Position numbers and translations under genes: made by a program. The notes beneath the pieces were generated by a model, which was not told where the DNA came from, did not search any database, and saw only the letters and a list, made by a program, of their open reading frames with translations. Source: the human T2T-CHM13v2.0 reference genome, Homo sapiens. Taken from it: a DNA stretch of 64,000 nt. Positions 42,814 to 64,000 of the stretch are shown here, piece by piece (the first letter of the stretch is position 1; every line of letters begins with the position of its first letter). The stretch lies in assembly GCF_009914755.1 (NCBI RefSeq), contig NC_060929.1; one strand, given 5' to 3'.

Positions 42814-44323
42814 ATAGAAGTTCTTAAGTGGTCTAATGTATACAAAATAACATAGCAGAGGGCCTGCCACATGGCAGACAATCAACAAATATTTAATTTT
42901 CTTCTCTTTCCTTTCCTGTAGGTAGATATATTATCTACCTTATGAGTTAGGTTAAAAGAGTGTTAATCATGATACCAGAGTGAAAAAAATTAAGATTAAA
43001 AAAATGAAAAAGAATCGAGAGTGGTAAATAAGAGCTGAAATAAACACCCTATGCACTGTTATCAGGTACCCATCTTTGGGTGTTCGAGGTTTAAAAAGCG
43101 CTTAACCACATAAAACAGAAGCACCTGTGGATGTTTGTGTTCTATTATGTATACTTCTACAGAGAAATGACAAAGCATGATAATAGAACTGAAATGAAGA
43201 AAACTCCATCATTAAAGTCATTTATTTACAACAGATTATCAGTAGGACCGTTTTATCTAACGGACCATTTTATTAGGAACAAAAAAATAGCCTATTTTTT
43301 TCTGGAAAAGCATGTGCTATTTTCAAATGAACAAATGATGTTAGGTCCCCATGAAAGAAAATATATTTAGTAAATTATTATAATGATGGCTTGGGAAATA
43401 AAAGACTTCAGGTGATACTTTTATTTTTTTGCTTAGATGAATACACTTAGCTTAATGTGTTTTGAGTATCTTGGTACTATGGTGACAGGAAACATAAATA
43501 TATAAAATTGGTTTTCCTGGTAAATAATGAAACGTGATCTATCTTAACAGAATTAAAAAAGAAATAACTTTGTGAAAAATATGTCAATACATCCATACCT
43601 AGTGATAACAAATAATGTAGAAATTTGGAAATGCTTATTTTTTTCCCTTCCAGTTTATACTGAAATATCAGTGAGGATTCCCTCAATAACACAGAAGAGG
43701 AACAATAGCCAAATAGGCAAAAAGGCGAGAGGCTTGGGAGGAAGTTTTGAAATTTCAAGGGAAAATGCCCCATAGACTCACTCCATTTTAAAACTTAAAA
43801 GGACTTGTAGAGATCATGGATGGTTCACAGTTTTCATCAATATTTCATCAACAGAATTTCATTTTTAAAGGTTTGTGTTTTTATGTTTCAAGTCTTTAAT
43901 TAGAAAGAACACATACCTTCAAATGTGTTAATATACCACATTTTAACACTCTGGAGTCCATCAATGCATTGACTTGAGTTACCAATTTAATTAGTTTTTG
44001 TATACAATTCAGAATAAAGCTTTTCCATCATCTCTGATTCACTGAAGAAAGTTGTAAGATGGCAAGATTAAAAATTTTTATCATTTGTCTTCATGATTCA
44101 GGATTTTCTTGATACCATGTATCCGAAATGATATGTAAACAGATTGGATATTGAGGCTTCTGCTATTTGTTCTATTGAATGTGAACAGATATCCTCTAAT
44201 TCAATAAGTTTAGGAAATACTGATTAACAAATTTAAATAGAATTCTTTATGATTTCTCATAAAGAGGGAGAGGGAGAATTCGCTTTTAAATTTCTGGCTG
44301 AGAAAATGTGAAAGCCACCACTC

Positions 44324-44646
<323 letters not shown>

Positions 44647-44677
44647 TTATATCCCACAATTAGAAGCAGTAAATTCA

Positions 44678-44978
<301 letters not shown>

Positions 44979-45425
44979 TCAGATAAAGGAGATAGTATTA
45001 ACTAACCAAAATCCCATTTACCATTTGTTAAATTCTTCACCACAAATTCCATTATAGCCTATAAGATCTAGGTATGTCCACCTCTTAAGACAATCAAAGT
45101 AAATCCAGTTTTAAAACAGCAATCTTTTAAATCACGTTCATGCTTTCATTTACTTATTCATTCATTTATTTATTCAATGAGCATTTATTGGAAAGCTATG
45201 GTGTGCCAGGCATTGAAGAATATAAGAAGTAAGAGTTCATAAAAGTTCTCTGAAATCAAAGATCTTCTTAGTCTATCAGGAAATAAAGATGATGTAACCA
45301 GCAATTATTTATAATATGGAGTGATATGCATAATATTTGACAATCTATTTGATCTATTTGCACAATATGTAGAATCTAAACACTTATAAAAGTAAATGGA
45401 ATTGAATATTTTCTTTTTTTTTTAC

Positions 45426-45497
45426 CTTGTCCAAATTTTGTTTTCTCAAACATTGATTTGTTTGGTTCCTGTACTGGGTCATCTAAACAAGCAACTT
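45426..45497 (-). CDS. ANKRD31: ANKRD31 penultimate coding exon (72 bp, phase 1-1): EVACLDDPVQEPNKSMFEKTKFGQ
   Basis: Branch-like ctaac plus gttttgtttcactttcag acceptor; donor AAG|gtaaaa; open in the continuing frame. Confidence 0.88.
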
Positions 45498-46542
45498 CTG
45501 AAAGTGAAACAAAACGTTAGTAATAATTTTGCTGAATTAGGGGACTGCTCTGGTCAAATCAGGATGATGGTCACCCTACCGATGGGAAATACAAATAGCT
45601 CTTCCTTGACATTTTAGGAGAGATGATTTAAAAAATAAAATAATAAACTAAAAATGGCTCTTCCTACTTCCCCTTATTTCCCCAAAAACAGTATTCTAAA
45701 AAGTATGGTCATCAAAAAGCATAAGAGAACAGATTATGTTTGTGACCTGAGGTAGGCTGATGAAAGCCACACAAAATTATTTTTTTTTTTTAGACTTTCT
45801 GGTCTCTACAGTGTCAGAGCCATGATTTCCATGATGATATTTCGATATGCAGAAGAGGGAGAAAGATTCTCTCCTGAGAGTTTTTCTTGTAATAGGGTTA
45901 GAGAGTTTTGCATTGTCCTAACTTGCCAGGTCTCTGGGTTTCTGTCAGGTACCACAAAACCAGCTACAGAAGAATTCTAATTAAGGAGATTCAAACAAAA
46001 TTCCAACAGCAGCCTACAGAATGCCAGCAGGGCTCTGCCTATAGATTCTTAGGTCCAGACCAAGGTAGCAAGAAGCTGGTTGGCACACTGCTACCTCCAT
46101 GGTTCTTAAATTAACATTAAAATTTCCTTTTCTTTTTTTTTTTAAGACAGAGCTTCGCTCTTGTCACCCAGGCTGGAGTCCAATGGCGCAGTAACATAAA
46201 AATTTTCTGAAATATCTAATGGAAAGAAAAATCAGGATTTGTGAAAATAAATAAATAACAGGAAACTGTTTATATTACAGGCAACAGAAATAGCAGTTCA
46301 GAACCCATTTCTGACTTCATGCTCACTTAAAAGGGAGATTGTGTGCCCTCTGAGGAAGGAGATACCTATCTAGGGTTGGAAATGCCTGCCTAGAACTAGA
46401 AAATCTGAGGAACAGATGACCTTCATGATAGAAGGAAATACTTACTGCTCTGCTTCAACTCTTAGGTTAGAAACCAGAAGAAGAAAGCATTTGTTTGGTT
46501 TTCCTTCAAGTGTGTGTTTGGGGTGGGTGGTGGGGAGGAGGC

Positions 46543-46563
46543 AGAGAGAGAGAGAGACAGAGA

Positions 46564-46595
<32 letters not shown>

Positions 46596-46631
46596 AAGGG
46601 ATGGAGCAACGGGGGCGGAGAGAGAGAGAGA
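46543..46631. repeat. (GA)n purine-rich microsatellite
   Basis: Direct reading. Confidence 0.9.
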
Positions 46632-47699
46632 GGATAGAGTACTTTAGCAATTCCAATTCCACCCTCAGGAATCAAAGTAAAGGGGTGAATATCAAGGACT
46701 GTCAAATTATTATTTGCACAAGAAATCAAATACTATTAGTCATCCAAAGTCTATAGTCAGGCTGGCTGTGTAAGAGTCACTTTAAAAAATTCAGGTTACT
46801 GGGCCTTACCCCATGATTTGATTAGGTAGATTAGATAGGTAGTCAGCTTAGGAACCAAAGGCCATGAACTACTACAAGAACTCTTTTCAATTTCTTAAGC
46901 CCTTTAACTTCCCCACAGTTATTAATGTTACCTGTTTTAATGTTACCAGTTATTAATATTACCAGTTATTAATGTTATCTGTTTCCCAAAAATGATGAAA
47001 AACACTTTTGAGGCTATCTTCAGAAAACTGTGGAGAATGCACCCTATTAATGGAGCCAGTTTTTATGACAGAGGAGGATCCTGAGAAATTAGGGTGCAAA
47101 AGTTAGGAAAGGAATGTAGTTTGAATTATTGGGGCTTGTTATAGGAAAGGAACAGTCCCAGGGAGGCCCTGGGTAGGGACTTGGTGATAGAAACCCTGTT
47201 TAATTCTTGGCCCTGGTTATCACAGTATCATCATTTTTTGTTTTGTACCTCCTCTCTTCTGTATTGTCCCCAAATGGTCAAAGACAGGGACACTAGGAAA
47301 AAAAAGAGGGGATGCTGTAGCATAGGAGGGTAATATAACTGTAGTTATGGCTGTTATTCAGAAATGTGTGCTGCCTTTTTCCAGATCATTTCAAAATCTG
47401 CTGCTCACTGGTGAAGACTACATTCTCTTTAGTTTACTCAGGCTAAAGGCTATTCCATCTGATAAAGGGTATTAGTTTACTCTAATAAGCAAAGATTTAT
47501 TTTAATGCTTATTTTTAGAAAATAAACAAAACCAAATCATGTCTTCAGAAAGAAAAACAACACTCATTTTTTCCTTTTATATGATACTTAAAAATCTATC
47601 CAAAGTAAGTACAGCATAGATTCAGAGAAAGGAATTGTGAGGGATGGGGTAATTTCTTAAATTCTGCTAGAATTAACTAAGGTTAAAAATTGAGTGCTA

Positions 47700-49035
<1,336 letters not shown>

Positions 49036-49129
49036 CAATGAGAAAAAAGACAAAATAAAATGAGTGCTTTTCCAGTAGGTTTTGGTGTTTTATCCCACAA
49101 CGAAGAAATGAGTGTTGTTCTGTACATAC

Positions 49130-49232
49130 CTGGAAGACAAGGTTGATATTGCTGAGGTACTGAGTTTGGTTCTGGAAGTATGGGTGCATCCTCAGAAACA
49201 TACCTTAAAAGCTCCTTCCCAAGATACGTTAC
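49130..49232 (-). CDS. ANKRD31: ANKRD31 coding exon (103 bp, phase 0-1): VTYLGKELLRYVSEDAPILPEPNSVPQQYQPCLP
   Basis: Acceptor tatgtgcag|GTA and donor CAG|gtatgt; lies inside ORF-track entry 49035..49250; phases match both neighbouring exons. Confidence 0.92.
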
Positions 49233-50218
49233 CTGCACATAATTAAGCACAAAATTTATAAATCATACATTCTGTAAGAAGGAAATACACCTATGTCCTG
49301 AACATTGTAATTTTTATAAGGTTTTGATTGTTGTATGTTGTGGATTAGCAAGCTTCAGTCCATGGCCAAATCCCACCTGCAACCTTCTTTTCTGTAAATA
49401 ATGTTTTATTGGAAAACAGTGATGCTCATTCATTTACTTAACATCTATGGCTGCTTTCATGCTATAACATAATTGACACAGACCACACGTCCATGAAGCC
49501 CAAAATATTTACTATGTGACCTTTTACAGAAAAAAATGTGTTGACCCTTGTTGTGTGATATTAATTCACTCACCTATTCACTTATTCAACAACTATTAAT
49601 CCAGCATCTGCTACTTTATAACTTTAAAAATTTAATGTTACATTAATAAAATTAAGCTATAAAAGTAATGGTACTTTTCAAGAAATCACATATTTAACTG
49701 ATTAAATTAATAACATTTCAGGTCTAGACATCCATTTTTTTTGGTTGTTTGTGAACTTAGCTATATCATTATCAGTGCAAATGGTCAGAGCTTAGAAATA
49801 TCTACACACAAAAAGGCAGGGATGAGGCAGAACTGGTAAATTCTGCCAGAAATGTTCTGGGCCCAAGGGTCTTTGGGTTCTTTACTCTTAGCTTGAGGAC
49901 AATCTATTAACATACCTCCAGAGGTTAGTTCACTGTGGGCAAAGCATCAAGATTCAACTTGAACATCCCTTCCTCCAGGATGCCTCCCTATAACCTCTAG
50001 TTTCAAGGAATGATCCTCCTCTAGGTTCCCAAAGCTTCTTTACTCATATTTCTGTCATGGTACTTACCTCATATAAATGAAATTATGTTTTAATACATCT
50101 GTTTCTATTAAACCATAAGCTCCTTGAGGACAGGTCTATATCATATTCATTCAAATACCCTCAGCAGTTCACAGAGTGCCTGACGATACTGGATAAAAGA
50201 CTCTGAAGTCCCGGCTCC

Positions 50219-50558
50219 TTTTCTTTTCTTTTAATTTTTTTTTTTTGAGAGAGTCTTACTCTGTCACCCAGGCTGGAGCAGCACACTGGCATGATCTTGG
50301 CTCACTGCAACCTCCACCTCCTGAGTTCAAGCAATTCTCATGCCTCAGCCTCCCATGCCTCAGCCTCCCATGCCTTAGCCTCCCTAGTAGCTGGAATTAC
50401 AAGTGTGCGCCACCACGCCTGGCTAATTTTTGTATTTTTAGTAGATACAGGGTTTTGCCATGTTGGCCAGGGTGGTCTCGAACTCCTGACCTCAAATGAT
50501 CCACCTGCCTTGGCCTCCCAAAGTGCTGGGATTACAGGTGTGAGCCACCGTGCCTGGC
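50219..50558 (-). mobile_element. AluS with internal 15-bp triplication
   Basis: Reverse dimer; tgcctcagcctccca x3 at 50341-50385. Confidence 0.9.
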
Positions 50559-52087
50559 TGTGAAGTCCCAACTCTTAAGCAAGATTCTCAAATTCCCTAA
50601 GCCTCAATTTGTGTTTGTAAAAAAAGTGCCTCCAGCTTATTAAATTGTTATGAGGATTAAAAGAGATAATGCATGAAAAGCATCTGGCATACTGTCTAGC
50701 ACATTCCGAGTACTCAATAAATGTTAAATTGAACAGAGTGAGAAAGGTCTAGGGGATCTTAAAGGTACAGATACCCTTTGGACTCAATCCTATGACCAAA
50801 CAAAGCCTGGCAATGAAAATGGAACAGACCTGGCCTACTCAATGTGTCAATCCCTTCTCACTTGCCATAGAAAGTAGAGGAGAGGCCCCTGAATGCCATT
50901 TGTCAGTTCTCCAAACAACCAGTTATTGGAAACAATAGATTTTGTATGTGTTATGCCCTGACAATGTCCAACACATCTCATAAATCCATCAAAGTGCAGG
51001 CTCAGTATGTTCTCACCTATATCTCAGACTTTAAAAATATTTTTATTAGTTAGTGCTGGGCAATATAAGGTGACTTACATATTCCACTGCAGGTAATTCA
51101 GACAAAGAACAGAGTTTTAAGAATATCCACTGAGTTAAAAATCTATTTTCCATTAGGTAGGAGTGATTTATTGAACAGGTTAATGAATAGACCTCAGAAT
51201 GAACAGACACTAGATCACTTCTAGAAAATGTGCATTTCATATTAATGTCATGAAAAACCTCCAGTTGGCTAAAGCATAAGGGCAGTCATTACATTTGTGT
51301 ATGACTCAAACTCTGAATCCTGAACTAAATTTCTCTGGATTCAAATCTAGCTCATATGCCTACTCTGACAGAGGCATGGTAGGAAGAGCTGGAGGCTAAG
51401 TTCTCAGGCTTTTGGACAACATAGCCTCCAGTGATCTCAGCAACTTCACTGTCCAAAACCCATTTTGATGAAGGGCAGCTGATAGGATGCCAGATGAGAA
51501 CATGTAAGAGAGATGGAGCTTAGTGTAAGGCATGTTCGGTGAGGATATCTGTAGGTTGTTGTGTTCTTGCTTTGCTAAAAGGTAGAACTGGAGGGGTGTT
51601 TTGTCCTAAGGCCACTGATGCTTTCCCTGAAGCTCTTACAACACTCCATTATTCCTTAGAAATTAGTCTATGCTGATTCTCCAATATCATACTAGGGAAA
51701 AAGTAGGGAGTGTAGAATGTGTGTGTGTACGCGCACGTGTGCACGCATGTGCATACACACACACATGCATGTTTGAGGAAAATAGATGACTCAGCCAGCC
51801 AGTATTCTGGAAATGTAGTTAATGAGCCAAGTGAAATTATTAATTAACTTTATTTTGGTAAGGTCTTTGGAAGAAATAAAGTGCAGTATTGTCATTATTA
51901 ATTGCCATAATAAATATTTCTGTACATCTTATGTAATAATATGCATCAAAAAAGAATGAAACATAACCCACCTTTGCATATACTTCCCTTCTGGGACTCC
52001 ATTTTATTTGAAAGTATCATCCCATTTTTCATATATCTTCAGAAAAACCATTTGTTGGTATTGACTAATAGAAATCTGTTCGTGGAT

Positions 52088-52392
52088 GGCCAGGCATGGT
52101 GACTCATACCTGTAACCCCAGCACTTTGGGAGGCCGATGTGGGGGGATCCCCTGAGGTCAGGAGTTTGAGCCTGGTCAACATGGTGAAACCCCGTCTCTA
52201 CTAAAAATACAAAAATTAGCCAGGCATGGTGGTGCATGCCTGTAGTCCCAGCTACTTGTGAGGCTGAGGCAAGAGAATCACTTGAACCTATGAGGCAGAC
52301 GCTGCAGCGAGCTGAGATCAGGCCACTGCACTCCGGCCTGGGCAAGACAGCGAGACTCTGGCTCAAAAAGAAAAAAAAAAAGAAAGAAAAGA
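52088..52392 (+). mobile_element. AluS with TSD agaaatctgttc(g/a)tggat
   Basis: Dimer plus tail plus flanking direct repeat. Confidence 0.92.
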
Positions 52393-55300
52393 AATCTGTT
52401 CATGGATGATCAAATAACTACTTTTATTCCATTGCAAGTTTTAAGAAGTCAATCTTACAAAGTTTCACTGCTCCAAGAGGAGTAGAAGGAAGAAAGAATA
52501 ATTGCTTTTTATCTCAGGGTGGAAAAAGCAAAGAAACCAATAAAAAACTGTAGGTTTTCTTTTAAATTCATTGTAACACAAAATACATTGTGGCTAAGAA
52601 AATAAAAATATTTCTCAAATAAAATATTTCTTTAGGAATTCATAATATAAGACAGAAAGTAGTTTCAAAGTGCAAAAACTGCCTTGGAAGAGCTGTTTCT
52701 ATGGAAATGATGATGCAGGTAAAGCTCACCTTCATGGTACCAACCTCCCCATTCCAGACTCTTTTTTCATACTCCCAACACTCTATGTAGCTAGACGCAA
52801 GAGAAAGCCCTTCACATTATTTCTATTTTCAGGATCCAAAACTCCTGGATATTTGTATTTTAAAAGAGATCACATATCTAACCATCTCCTTCCTCTTCTT
52901 TCTGTTCTAAAATGTAGCTGAGTAGAAGCTAGGTTCATAGGAGGTTTAGGACACATTGAGAGTGTGAGTAATTGACAGAATAAGGCTGTCTGTCGAGATG
53001 AACAATTTCCATCAGTTTCTATGCTCCCACCCCAACCTTTCCATATCTTGATATTCCTAATCATGATGGTGAGAGGAGTTGTTCTTGAAAAGTATGTGTG
53101 GGGGGTGAGGGGAACCACAGAAAAAAGTGATCACTAAATCCAAAGGAATGGAAAGGGTGGAAATAAGGATGGAAATTCAGGGAGGCATCCGGATGGGAAG
53201 TATGTTTGCAGAAGAGATCTGTCTAGTGTTCCTTGAAGCACTGCCTAAAATAGCAGCCTACTTTTCATCTGCAGTAATTCACTGTTGAGTATTTACAAAA
53301 ATAAACCATCATTTCCATTCTTATGATTCTTATGATTTTCATCCTGCAACTGTATCACAGAAAGGCATTTTTCCTGTGGAAGTGGGCAATAGTTGCTGCA
53401 CATGACTAAGGCTTTGCATACATTCATAAAGGTGGCTAGATTGTACTGTGTGCTCTTTTGAGTTCAGAGCAACCTGTTTCTAATGAAAGGAACGTGTGCC
53501 TCTCTTGTGCCTTCATAAATACAGAAAAGAATGTACAGGGAATCAGAAGATCAGGTTCTAGTCCTGGTTCTGGCTGGCCTTGAGGCTAAATCAGGTCACT
53601 TAACTTCCCAAACCTTTGTTTTCATATCCATGAACAGAAATAATAGTTGATCTTCCTGCCTGATAAAGTTGTTGCGTAAAACTGCTTTATAAATCAAACA
53701 GTGCTATTCAAGCTCCACAATCGCTACGTTGGAAGGGTCTTTAGATATCACCTAGCACTACTTATTTTATACATAAGAAAGCTGAAGTTCAGAAAGGTGA
53801 AATGGCTTGACCTAGATTAATCATTCTTACTGAGGCTGCACATTAGAATTGCCTGGAATGCTTTTTCAAATATTGCCACTTGATCCCCACCTAGATATTA
53901 GATCAGAAGTTATGGGCTTGGAGTCTACTAGGCACTAGTGGTTTCTAAAGGCCCTCAAGTGATTCCAATGTGATCGAAAACCATTGCCCAGATAATATAA
54001 CTTATAAAGAGTGGAACCAGGAACTAGCTTGGTCTGCTGCCTCCCACCCACAAATCACTCGGCCACACCAGAATGTTGTCCAACAGCTGGGAGGCTGCAG
54101 GAGAGAAGTCAGTGATGCCCTCTCTGAGTAAGCATCAGGATTTCCTTGGCAAAGCTGTTCAGCAACTGCTTGGGTTGGGAGTTTGAGTCATCTCTGCACC
54201 TACTGGCTCTGTCACTCTGTCAGATACAGGGCAATACCTTGTTTTCTGGCATTCCTTGCCTGACCACCAACCACTCCTGGTCCCATACCACCCCCACCAC
54301 TCTCAGAACTAGTCAGTAGAAATGTTCACATTTACCCATGTAGCAAAAAGCTCCTTTCCTCAAGAAGTGACTGAATTCAGGAGTTACTCCAAGACAAGAA
54401 GAGGCAGAGGTTTCTGTGGTAAACTTTAAAAGACTTTAAAAGAGCCTTTTAAATATTGTAAAGAAAATCACTAGGGTAATGTTTCTCAGCTTGGGGTATT
54501 TACTAGAAGTACATCAGTGCCCATAGTAATTTTTAAAACTCCGTTTTCATTTTTTTGATAATCTAAAGAAAATAAGCCTGTTTAGATAATCTGTAGGAAT
54601 ATTTTATATCTGATAATTGCCCTACTTTTAGTGCCCACATTTGCATGTGGCTTCACTATCACATAGGTGCTAAACAGTGTAACTCTAATTGACATGGCTA
54701 TGAGAAAATGCTAGAGTCAATGAGATATGTAAATGAGGCATTAGTACAGAGTAAGGGCCAAATGATGTTACAGCCAGCTATTCAAAGGCAGGAAATAACA
54801 GTAGTTCTAATGGAGAAACAGAGTGGGCAAATGGAGTCATTACCAGGCACACTGCAGCACAGGCATGTTGAGCTCAAAAGAACCTAAGCTACAGCATTCA
54901 GTATGCTATCTGTCCTGTGAGCTAAGATTCAGTTTCAGCAAAACAGTATAATCTATCATAAGTGTAAGAAACCTTGTAACAAAAAGGGATTTTCATGGGC
55001 AAGATGCTAATTACTAACATTTAGATATGAATTAAGAATCCATGGAAAGGATAGGGTAAAGGGGCTAAGACGAACTGAAAGCAGATGGCCTGGTGACTCC
55101 AGGAGTGGGAAACCAAAACAAACTTTGGGAAAAAGTCAGACAGACCATATAGCAGATAGAATCCAGAATGTGCTGATGTAAGTGAAGGAACTGAAACAGT
55201 GCTAGATACACTTGCCAACGAGGTCTAGGAGACCAGAATGCAGGGTTGGGGCACAGAATCTGGGACACAGAATATAGACTTTAGGGGCACAAAGGGGACT

Positions 55301-56118
55301 GGGAGGGAGAGTGGGCAGACCTGGGTTAAACAAAAAAGAGGAGAGAAAGCTATGCTTCCTATTACTGGTACACTGAGGTTTACTGTAATAGTAGAGGTTG
55401 AGTGTATCTTCTAGTCTTCGAAACAGTCATGGCAGATGTCTGAAGATTCAGACTTTCCTGAAGAATAATTTTAAGACTGTCCCTGAAGTCTGCAGGTGGA
55501 TGAACACTAGACCTCAAGAACATCAGTCATTACTGGGCTTATAACTCAGAAGCCAGAACTGACAGGGAGGCTACTAAGTCTAGGAGGTCTAAATGAAAGT
55601 AATTCATTTTGAAGGGCTAGCAATTCATGGATAAGGACATGTTCAAACATAAAAATACATGATAATATCTGAGGGCCTTAGGCCTCTTGCCCATTTCTTT
55701 TGTATTTAGGAGATTTTGCTTTACTTCATTAGAATAATAACATATTAACTAAGTTACCAATACACCAGTGGTTCCAAATTTTCCATACAAAGACCTGAAA
55801 TCCCTTGGGAGATCAAATGGGAAGATTAAAGGCATTAAAAGTTCTGAGACTAGATAAGGAGTAAGAAACGGAAGGTGCAGTCAGCTATGCAACCATGCCC
55901 ATGGGGAATTCTGGCAAATAGGACTTGTGGGAGAAAGTGATGTGTTCATTCTGTGACATGCATGTAGCATGATATGCATACAGCATATACAGAATGAACA
56001 CATGAATACAAAACTAGCTTGGAGATCTTTCAGATTTCCTTAAAAAATACTTTCATCACAAAAATATGTACTTTTCCATTTGAATATGAAGTTAAAGATA
56101 AACTTAAGAATGACCCAC

Positions 56119-56259
56119 CTTACTCCAAGCATAATTCCAGGTCACATAACTGTTGCCTCCCAGAAGATCCTTGAGCCAGGTGACTGGGTTTTTATAAATC
56201 TGACCACTTTCTACCTTAAGTTTACCATTCAATAAAATACTGGCTTTGTGGGTAGTCTC
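56119..56259 (-). CDS. ANKRD31: ANKRD31 internal coding exon (141 bp, phase 0-0), RAMA-domain region: ETTHKASILLNGKLKVESGQIYKNPVTWLKDLLGGNSYVTWNYAWSK
   Basis: Minus-strand acceptor ttttatttttcacttcag|GAG and donor AAG|gtgggt; 47 open codons; joins in frame to 49130-49232. Confidence 0.93.
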
Positions 56260-56299
56260 CTGAAGTGAAAAATAAAACAGAAATTAAGGTCAAAAATAG

Positions 56300-60977
<4,678 letters not shown>

Positions 60978-61515
60978 TTACATTCCCACCAACAGTGTAA
61001 AAGCATTCCTATTTCTCTGCAACCTCGCCAGCATCTGTTATTTCTTGACTTTAATAATCGTCATTCTGACTGAAATGAGATGGTATCTCATTGTGGTTTT
61101 GACTTGCATTTCTCTAATGATCAGTGATGTTGAGCTTTTTTTGGTGTGTTTGTTGGCCACATGAATGTCTTCTTTTGAGAAGTGTCCATGTCCTTTGCTC
61201 ACTTTTTAATGGGATCATTTGTTTTTTTTCTTGAGGATTTGTTTAAGTTCCTTGTAGATTCTGGATTAGACCTTTGTCAGGTGGATAGATTGCAAAATTT
61301 TTCTCCCGTTCTGTAGGTTGCCTGTTCGCTCTAATGATAGTTTCTTTTGCTGTGCAGAAGCTCTTTAGTTTAATTAGATCCCATTTGTCAATTTTTGCTT
61401 TTGTTGCAATTGCTTGTGGCGATTTCATCATGAAATCTTTACCTGTGCCTATGCCCCAAGTGGTATTGCCTAGATTTTCTTCTAGGGTTTTTATATTTAA
61501 GTCTTTAATCCACCT
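60978..61515 (-). mobile_element. L1P ORF2 3' fragment
   Basis: [22 protein letters not shown] (61243-61431). Confidence 0.85.

Positions 61516-64000
<2,485 letters not shown>

Overview
Primate, most likely human, genomic DNA with two tandem minus-strand genes that were reconstructed by hand from splice signals; the ORF track shows only a fragment of one exon. (1) The last four coding exons of ANKRD31 (56119-56259, 49130-49232, 45426-45497, 33377-33522) join in one frame and encode the end of the RAMA domain plus the C-terminal REC114-binding tail. The polyA signal is at 33177-33182. (2) About 15.7 kb downstream, a CpG island (~17150-19300) drives three non-coding 5'UTR exons that I recognise as GCNT4 (exon 1 ending at 17285, then 17025-17083 and 12751-12891). 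The GCNT4 coding exon lies outside the window, below position 1. Much of the rest is interspersed repeats: Alu, L1, L2, MIR, MaLR and ERV LTRs, a near-complete Tigger1 and several Tigger-derived MITEs, with deep nesting at 56300-64000. I see no convincing wholly new biological system. The best leads are three possible splicing routes that would remove the ANKRD31 REC114-binding tail (a 303-bp phase-matched dead or poison exon, a recursive-splice-type acceptor and an internal donor) and a uORF-laden GCNT4 leader behind a kB-site-rich promoter. Gene names and repeat subfamilies come from recall, not database searches, and repeat boundaries are approximate.
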